Shown here: positions 59,179 to 64,000 of the stretch, one piece after another
Numbering within the stretch: position 1 is the stretch's first letter
Layout of the letters: each line of letters starts with the position of its first letter
Assembly: GCA_050010755.1 (NCBI GenBank)
Contig: JBEKKK010000001.1
Coordinates: forward strand, 256,001 to 320,000
DNA length: 64,000 nucleotides
Reading direction: 5' to 3'
Origin: Candidatus Bathyarchaeia archaeon
GTDB lineage: Archaea; Thermoproteota; Bathyarchaeia; Bathyarchaeales; Bathycorpusculaceae
Translations under genes and position numbers: made by a program
The notes under the pieces: model-generated
The model's input: only the letters and a program-made list of their open reading frames with translations
Database searches by the model: none
Told to the model about the DNA's origin: nothing

Positions 59179-59348
59179 ATTGTTCAGCCACACACGCAAT
59201 TGCTTCGAAACGTTTTAACTTTACTCAAGTGAAAAGATACAGTGTCATTTAAGACTTGCTAACGCAGAATTAGGAACCCCCGAAACCCTTTTTCATGCCT
59301 GTGCCAACTTTTATATTCCCGCATTGATAGAAACAGTTCCTTAAGGGA

Positions 59349-60254
59349 ATGTTCATGCTGAGGACCAATGTTGACAAGTTAGTTCGGCTTTCTGTGGTCG
59401 GGGAGGCCGTTAGCCCAGTTTTCGGAAGGGGCGTTTACAGGATTTCAGCACAAGGCAACCCTATGGTTTTGCCCGGCGTGGGCGGCGTCACTTACAATGT
59501 CAGAGTTGGCGATCTGGCTTGCGGGTGGGAGGCTGATCACGTGGAGCCAGGCGTGAGTGTTGAGAACAAGGAGAATGACGTTCGGTTTGGGCAGGGCGCC
59601 AATGCCGCGTTCAACGTACTCTCATGCGTCGGAAACGAGGCCATTGTTGTTACTGGCGAGGCAAAGGGTGCGAAGGGCGTTGTCACTGGCAAACACGGCG
59701 GAATAGAACATGTTCTGGTGGACGTCCAGCCAGAGATCATGGAGAAGCTCATGCTCGGCGACAAGTTCCTCGTGAAAGCCTTCGGCGTTGGCTTGAAACT
59801 CCTAGATTTTCCAGAGATAATCGTAATGAACATGGACCCAAGATTTCTTGGAGCGCTCAACCCAAGGATAAAGGGCGAAAAGCTCGAAATACCCGTGACG
59901 CACGTGATTCCGGCTGGCATAATGGGTTCAGGACTAGGTTCAGACAACACGTACTCCGGAGATTATGACATCCAGCTCTTCGACGAGAGAGCAAGAAAGC
60001 AATACAAACTTGACAACCTGAAGCTCGGCGATCTCGTCGCCATAACCGATGCGGATCACTCCTTTGGAAGGATATACAGACAGGGCGCGATTTCGGTCGG
60101 CATCGTCGTGCACACGAACTGTGTGTCAGCTGGCCACGGACCGGGAGTAACAACTCTTTTCACATCTCGCACTGGAAAAATCAACCCGAAGATAGATACG
60201 AAAGCAAACATTGCAACCATCCTGAAGTTGAGGACTGCCAAACCAAAAAGTTGA
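59349..60254 (+). CDS. DUF4438-family protein
   Basis: LPGVGG.TYN, DHVEPGVS, GKHGG.EHV, MGSGLG, GDYDI, AGHGPGVT. Confidence 0.8.
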   Translation: MFMLRTNVDKLVRLSVVGEAVSPVFGRGVYRISAQGNPMVLPGVGGVTYNVRVGDLACGWEADHVEPGVSVENKENDVRFGQGANAAFNVLSCVGNEAIVVTGEAKGAKGVVTGKHGGIEHVLVDVQPEIMEKLMLGDKFLVKAFGVGLKLLDFPEIIVMNMDPRFLGALNPRIKGEKLEIPVTHVIPAGIMGSGLGSDNTYSGDYDIQLFDERARKQYKLDNLKLGDLVAITDADHSFGRIYRQGAISVGIVVHTNCVSAGHGPGVTTLFTSRTGKINPKIDTKANIATILKLRTAKPKS

Positions 60255-60517
60255 ACACGCAGCCCAAGATTCGAACCCCTGCGCGCGAGCAGATAATTTC
60301 GGCCCGCTCTTTATTGTGGCGAAAAATCGTCTATGCCATTCACAAATGTGCGGCAAATCAGAGTTGGTGACAGAAGAATCAGACTACAGCGGCCTCAATT
60401 CTCTTTTCTCCATTATCCGATTTCGACGAAAAACAAGCAAACAGCACTGGCGTTAGAATAGATATATAAACCCACATGTTCATTTCTTTGTTGAAGAATA
60501 ATTCAGGAGTAATTAGG

Positions 60518-60814
60518 TTGCCGTTTAAGCGTAAGAGCCGTGGTAGATCCAAAGGCGGCAAGGGCAGCAGCGGTTCTGTTCAATGCGCCAGCTGCGGAGC
60601 CATGGTGCCGAGGGACAAGGCCAAAAAGGTTACAAAGAGACTTTCTTTCGTCGATTACGCCTTGGCAAAAGAGCTTCGACAAAAGGGCACGTACATTGCC
60701 GTACCGTCAGACACGAAGTACTACTGCGTTTCGTGCGCGGTCCATCGCGGGGTCGTAAAGGTAAGAGCGGAAAATGAGCGTCACACACGCACGCGACCGG
60801 GAAGAAGATACTAG
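60518..60814 (+). CDS. rps26e: 30S ribosomal protein S26e
   Basis: P.KRKSRGR.KG, VQC..CG..VPRDKA, YCVSCAVH.G.VKVR; TTG start. Confidence 0.95.
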   Translation: MPFKRKSRGRSKGGKGSSGSVQCASCGAMVPRDKAKKVTKRLSFVDYALAKELRQKGTYIAVPSDTKYYCVSCAVHRGVVKVRAENERHTRTRPGRRY

Positions 60815-60816
60815 GT

Positions 60817-61440
60817 TCAGACAGTTTCCTTTTTCTTTGATTTTCCATAGACGTACAGGCTTCTCTGCAGCACTGTTAGGTTTGAGATTATCGCCAAAAA
60901 GATGACTGCGACGTTCATCACCGTCGTCGGCTGCCAAAAAACCGCTATCAGCGTTGTCCCGAGCAGTACGATCATCCGTTCAGCTCTCTCTGCCAGGCCG
61001 ACGGATTCCATCTTGATTCCTGCCGCTTCGGCCCTTGCCCGACTGTAACTCACGAGTAGGGAGCCAGCCATGGCAATTAAGCCCCACAGAACATTGCACA
61101 GACCGCCCACGATTATGCCGATGTAAACGGCAGCGTCAGCGTACCTGTCTAGCACTGAATCTAGGAACCCGCCGAAAACTGTTGTCTGCCCGTGAAGGCG
61201 CGCGACTATTCCATCCAACGCGTCGCAAAAACCCGAAAGCAAGAGCAGAACAAAGGCGAGCAAAAGAAAAAATGCGCGCCATGCCAAATTCTGTCCCCAT
61301 TCACCATAAGCGAATGCACACAGAAAGGCCAACAGCCCGCCTATCCCAGTTATCATGTTGGGCGTCAAGCCGATTCTGTGAGCCGCTTTGGCCTCAGCCG
61401 TAAGCATCTGCTGGATTTTCTGCTTCAGTCTCGTAAGCAC
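60817..61440 (-). CDS. CDP-alcohol phosphatidyltransferase (archaetidylinositol phosphate synthase-like)
   Basis: TPN.IT, DALDG.VAR......FG.FLDSVLDRYAD, SYSRARAE, G.AERAER. Confidence 0.92.
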   Translation of the reverse strand: MLTRLKQKIQQMLTAEAKAAHRIGLTPNMITGIGGLLAFLCAFAYGEWGQNLAWRAFFLLLAFVLLLLSGFCDALDGIVARLHGQTTVFGGFLDSVLDRYADAAVYIGIIVGGLCNVLWGLIAMAGSLLVSYSRARAEAAGIKMESVGLAERAERMIVLLGTTLIAVFWQPTTVMNVAVIFLAIISNLTVLQRSLYVYGKSKKKETV

Positions 61441-61513
61441 TTGCTGTTGTCTCTCCAACGATTTTTATTTAAGCTTGGATATGTAAAGAGCTTTGATTAA
61501 AAGGTGTTTGGAA

Positions 61514-61807
61514 ATGATTAACGTCACCGCTGTTAAGGTTGACGACAAAACTTTCACAGGCCTTAGAGTTGATTTGCCCGAAAGCCCGCCCCTGCTTCTT
61601 ATTGTAGCGGACAAAGGCTTCGTAATGTGCGGTTTCCTCAACATTGACGCAGCTGAAAAACTATGCGTGAATGCAGCCATGGTCAGCGGAGTGAAAACTT
61701 TCGAGGATGTACTTAACGCACAGGTCAAGGCGACTACGACGAAAGCCAGAAACTCGGGCGTGGAACCTGGAATGAAAGGCTCTGAAGCGTTGAAGCGCAT
61801 GTCCTAG
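61514..61807 (+). CDS. YunC/DUF1805-family protein
   Basis: LP..PPLL, KGFVMCG.L, A.V.GV, GM.G.EAL. Confidence 0.85.
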   Translation: MINVTAVKVDDKTFTGLRVDLPESPPLLLIVADKGFVMCGFLNIDAAEKLCVNAAMVSGVKTFEDVLNAQVKATTTKARNSGVEPGMKGSEALKRMS

Positions 61808-62389
61808 GATTTGGCCTCAACAGCGTTCCACGCACGAAAGGGCAACTCCATATTTCTGGTTCTTGCATGCATTCCAAACTTCCAGCTCGTGCGTCATGTT
61901 CTTATAGCTGCACGCGCGGGTGAATTAAATAATTGGGAAAGTGTTGCATGAACTTTTTTGAAATTGGGACGTGGAGTAGCATGGAGTGTTTGAGGCGGTC
62001 TGCTGGTGTTTACCGCAATCATCTTCTCGGCTCCTGTGCGCAGGTTGATAAGTCTGGAGGGTTTTAGCAGTTCTGAGCCCAGGCTGGACTGAAGCCGTTA
62101 CTGCGTCTTCGCATCGTTATGCCGGTTAATCCTGAATTCTTCCTGGGGCAACGGTACAGTGAGTTTACATGATACTATGAGTGAGTTTTGAGTCTGAACA
62201 GAGCCCGCTGGGAGCTTCATTCACAAAACACAGTCTCCGTCAAGCTTAATTCTGAAAAACTTTTTTTCTCACATTAAAGACCCGCGTCCAAACTCAACGC
62301 TTCTCTTCTCTAATCTTCTCAGCATCCTAAACCACGCGCTCCCAAATTATTTAACTAGTCTGCACACTTTAGCCTCATGGTGTTAGAAG

Positions 62390-63361
62390 TTGGCGGGGCT
62401 TCGTGATACTCTCGAAGTGAAAGGCCTGATCCTCAGAAACCGCATTGTTATGCCTCCGATGCAAACGGGAAGGGCCACGGTTGAAGGCGACGTCACTAAC
62501 AGGCTGCTAAGCTTCTACGTGCGGCGCGCAGCAGCCTTAGGCTTGTTGATCGTTGAGCATGCTTATGTTTCTCCGGTTGGAAAGTTGAGTCCAAAACAGT
62601 TGGGAATCTATCACGACAAATCGATCAGCGGGTTGGAAAAGCTTGCGAGCAAGGTTCACGCCTTAAGTACTCCTGTCGTCGTGCAGATTACGCATGCAGG
62701 AGGCGTTGCGAACAGCAAATTAATAGGGGGTAACCCTGTTGGTCCTTCCGCGACTGGAAAAACTCATGCACTGTCAGAAAGCGAGATTGAAGCCCTGGTA
62801 GAAGAGTTCGCAATGGCTGCCGACCGTGCAGTTAAAGCAGGCTTTGACGGAGTTGAACTTCACGGCGCGCATGGCTTCCTGCTTAACCAATTCTTTTCTC
62901 CACTGCTAAACAAACGCGCAGACGAATATGGCGGATCCTTGGATAACAGGATGCGTTTCCCCCTCATGGTGGTCAAAAAAGTTCGGGAAATTGTAGGCGG
63001 AAGACTTTTGCTCTACAGGCTGGGCGCGGATGATTTAGCCGCAAACGGCACTCACATAGAGGACTCGACCGTTTTTGCTGCGAGGCTTGAGCATGCCGGT
63101 GTCGACGTCATCGACGTATCGGGCGGCTTGTGCGGAAGCGAGCCTAAGCAGCTTAGAGACGTCAAAGGTTACTTTATCCCCCAAGCTTATGAGATAAAGA
63201 AGGCTGTCGAAGTTCCCGTTATCGGTGTTGGAGGAGTCACTGAGGCCGAGTATGCTGATAAACTGATTCGAGAAGGAAAGGTTGACCTGGTAGCCGTGGG
63301 CAGAGCGCTCTGGAAGGATTCCCAATGGGCTGAAAAAGCCGTTGAAACATTGAAAGCCTAA
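62390..63361 (+). CDS. NADH:flavin oxidoreductase (old yellow enzyme family)
   Basis: LRNRIVMPPM, Q..HAG, AGFDGVELHGAHGFLLNQF.SP..N.R.DEYGGS..NR.RF, VAVGR. Confidence 0.95.
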   Translation: MAGLRDTLEVKGLILRNRIVMPPMQTGRATVEGDVTNRLLSFYVRRAAALGLLIVEHAYVSPVGKLSPKQLGIYHDKSISGLEKLASKVHALSTPVVVQITHAGGVANSKLIGGNPVGPSATGKTHALSESEIEALVEEFAMAADRAVKAGFDGVELHGAHGFLLNQFFSPLLNKRADEYGGSLDNRMRFPLMVVKKVREIVGGRLLLYRLGADDLAANGTHIEDSTVFAARLEHAGVDVIDVSGGLCGSEPKQLRDVKGYFIPQAYEIKKAVEVPVIGVGGVTEAEYADKLIREGKVDLVAVGRALWKDSQWAEKAVETLKA

Positions 63362-63462
63362 CGACCCTGCAGAATACTCATCGAGATTCTAATGATACAG
63401 TGCACTGTCGAAAGAGGGCCAATGTATAAGAACAGCGCACGCGCTGCACGACCGTCCAAGTT

Positions 63463-63927
63463 CTATCCTGAAAGCACTTTGGCGACTTCTTGCGCCCAAT
63501 TCTTGGTTTTCTCCAGCTCTCCCGCTTTCAGTTGCATTGCATTCATCTTGCCCTCCACATAGGCGACGAGCGGAGGCGCGATCACCTCAAAACCCAGTTT
63601 CTTTAGTTTCTTTTCTATGCCTTCGGCCCCGTTACCACTCATCCTACCTTGAAGTTGCGTGTCAAAAGCAGCTCCCCGCTTTCCCGAAAACTCCTTATCG
63701 GAGAAACTGTTGAGGAACTGCATCATTCCACGCGACGCCCTAAAATACATCGTGGGAGAACCAACAATCAGACAATCGAAGTTCTTGACGGTTGCCCTGT
63801 CAACATCATTGACAAACAAGGAGTCAACCTCAATTCCTTTTTCCTTCAGGACTGCACCAATGGTTTCGGCGACGTTCGCCGTCACTTTCAAAGGGGAAAC
63901 AGTGTCATAAACGATCAGAACTTTCAT
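63463..63927 (-). CDS. Flavodoxin-domain protein
   Basis: VLIVYD, LIVGSPT, GAAFDT, GELE...WA. Confidence 0.85.
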   Translation of the reverse strand: MKVLIVYDTVSPLKVTANVAETIGAVLKEKGIEVDSLFVNDVDRATVKNFDCLIVGSPTMYFRASRGMMQFLNSFSDKEFSGKRGAAFDTQLQGRMSGNGAEGIEKKLKKLGFEVIAPPLVAYVEGKMNAMQLKAGELEKTKNWAQEVAKVLSG

Positions 63928-64000
63928 TCATTGATGCTCCATGCAATCTAGCGAGTTTAGCTTGTTTGTTACAGGTCTTTAAAGCTTTGCGTAAACGGGT

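Noticed and set aside
60262-60282. GGTTCGAATC T-loop-like sequence on the minus strand
   Set aside because: The T-stem pairs poorly, and no acceptor, D or anticodon arms can be built, so it is not a tRNA.
61808-62389. 580-nt gap considered as a pseudogene or mobile-element scar
   Set aside because: It has no ORF of 60 aa or more, no terminal inverted repeats and no recognisable protein remnant.

Overview
This is gene-dense archaeal DNA, most likely Bathyarchaeia or another TACK lineage. The evidence is an archaeal histone, ribosomal proteins S25e and S26e, a thermosome, TrpB2, HdrABC, many GTG/TTG starts and poly-T terminators. Both ends carry housekeeping genes (about 0.4-7 kb and 52-64 kb). 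At 7-14 kb is an hdrACB + acyl-CoA dehydrogenase + etfAB redox cluster. At 15-50 kb is a large peptide and amino-acid catabolic region. The most striking signal is two separate nitroreductase + small helical protein pairs that resemble the A and B subunits of cyclodipeptide oxidase (AlbA/AlbB). No cyclodipeptide synthase or NRPS is present in the window. Each pair sits divergent to an M29-fold metalloenzyme gene and is followed by a two-cysteine racemase. Around them are three M29-fold paralogs with an altered NicX-like metal site, a peptide ABC importer, an Xaa-Pro peptidase and a hydroxyproline block. That block holds a proline-racemase-family epimerase, a two-subunit aconitase X, the glycyl radical enzyme HypD with its activase, an OCD-family reductase, a FAD oxidoreductase and a 2-oxoacid:ferredoxin oxidoreductase. 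My main hypothesis, untested, is an anaerobic system for importing, epimerising, ring-opening and fermenting cyclic dipeptides (diketopiperazines) and Pro/Hyp-rich or racemised peptides. All family calls come from motif recognition and recalled reference sequences. No database search was run. I found no rRNA, tRNA, CRISPR array or mobile element.
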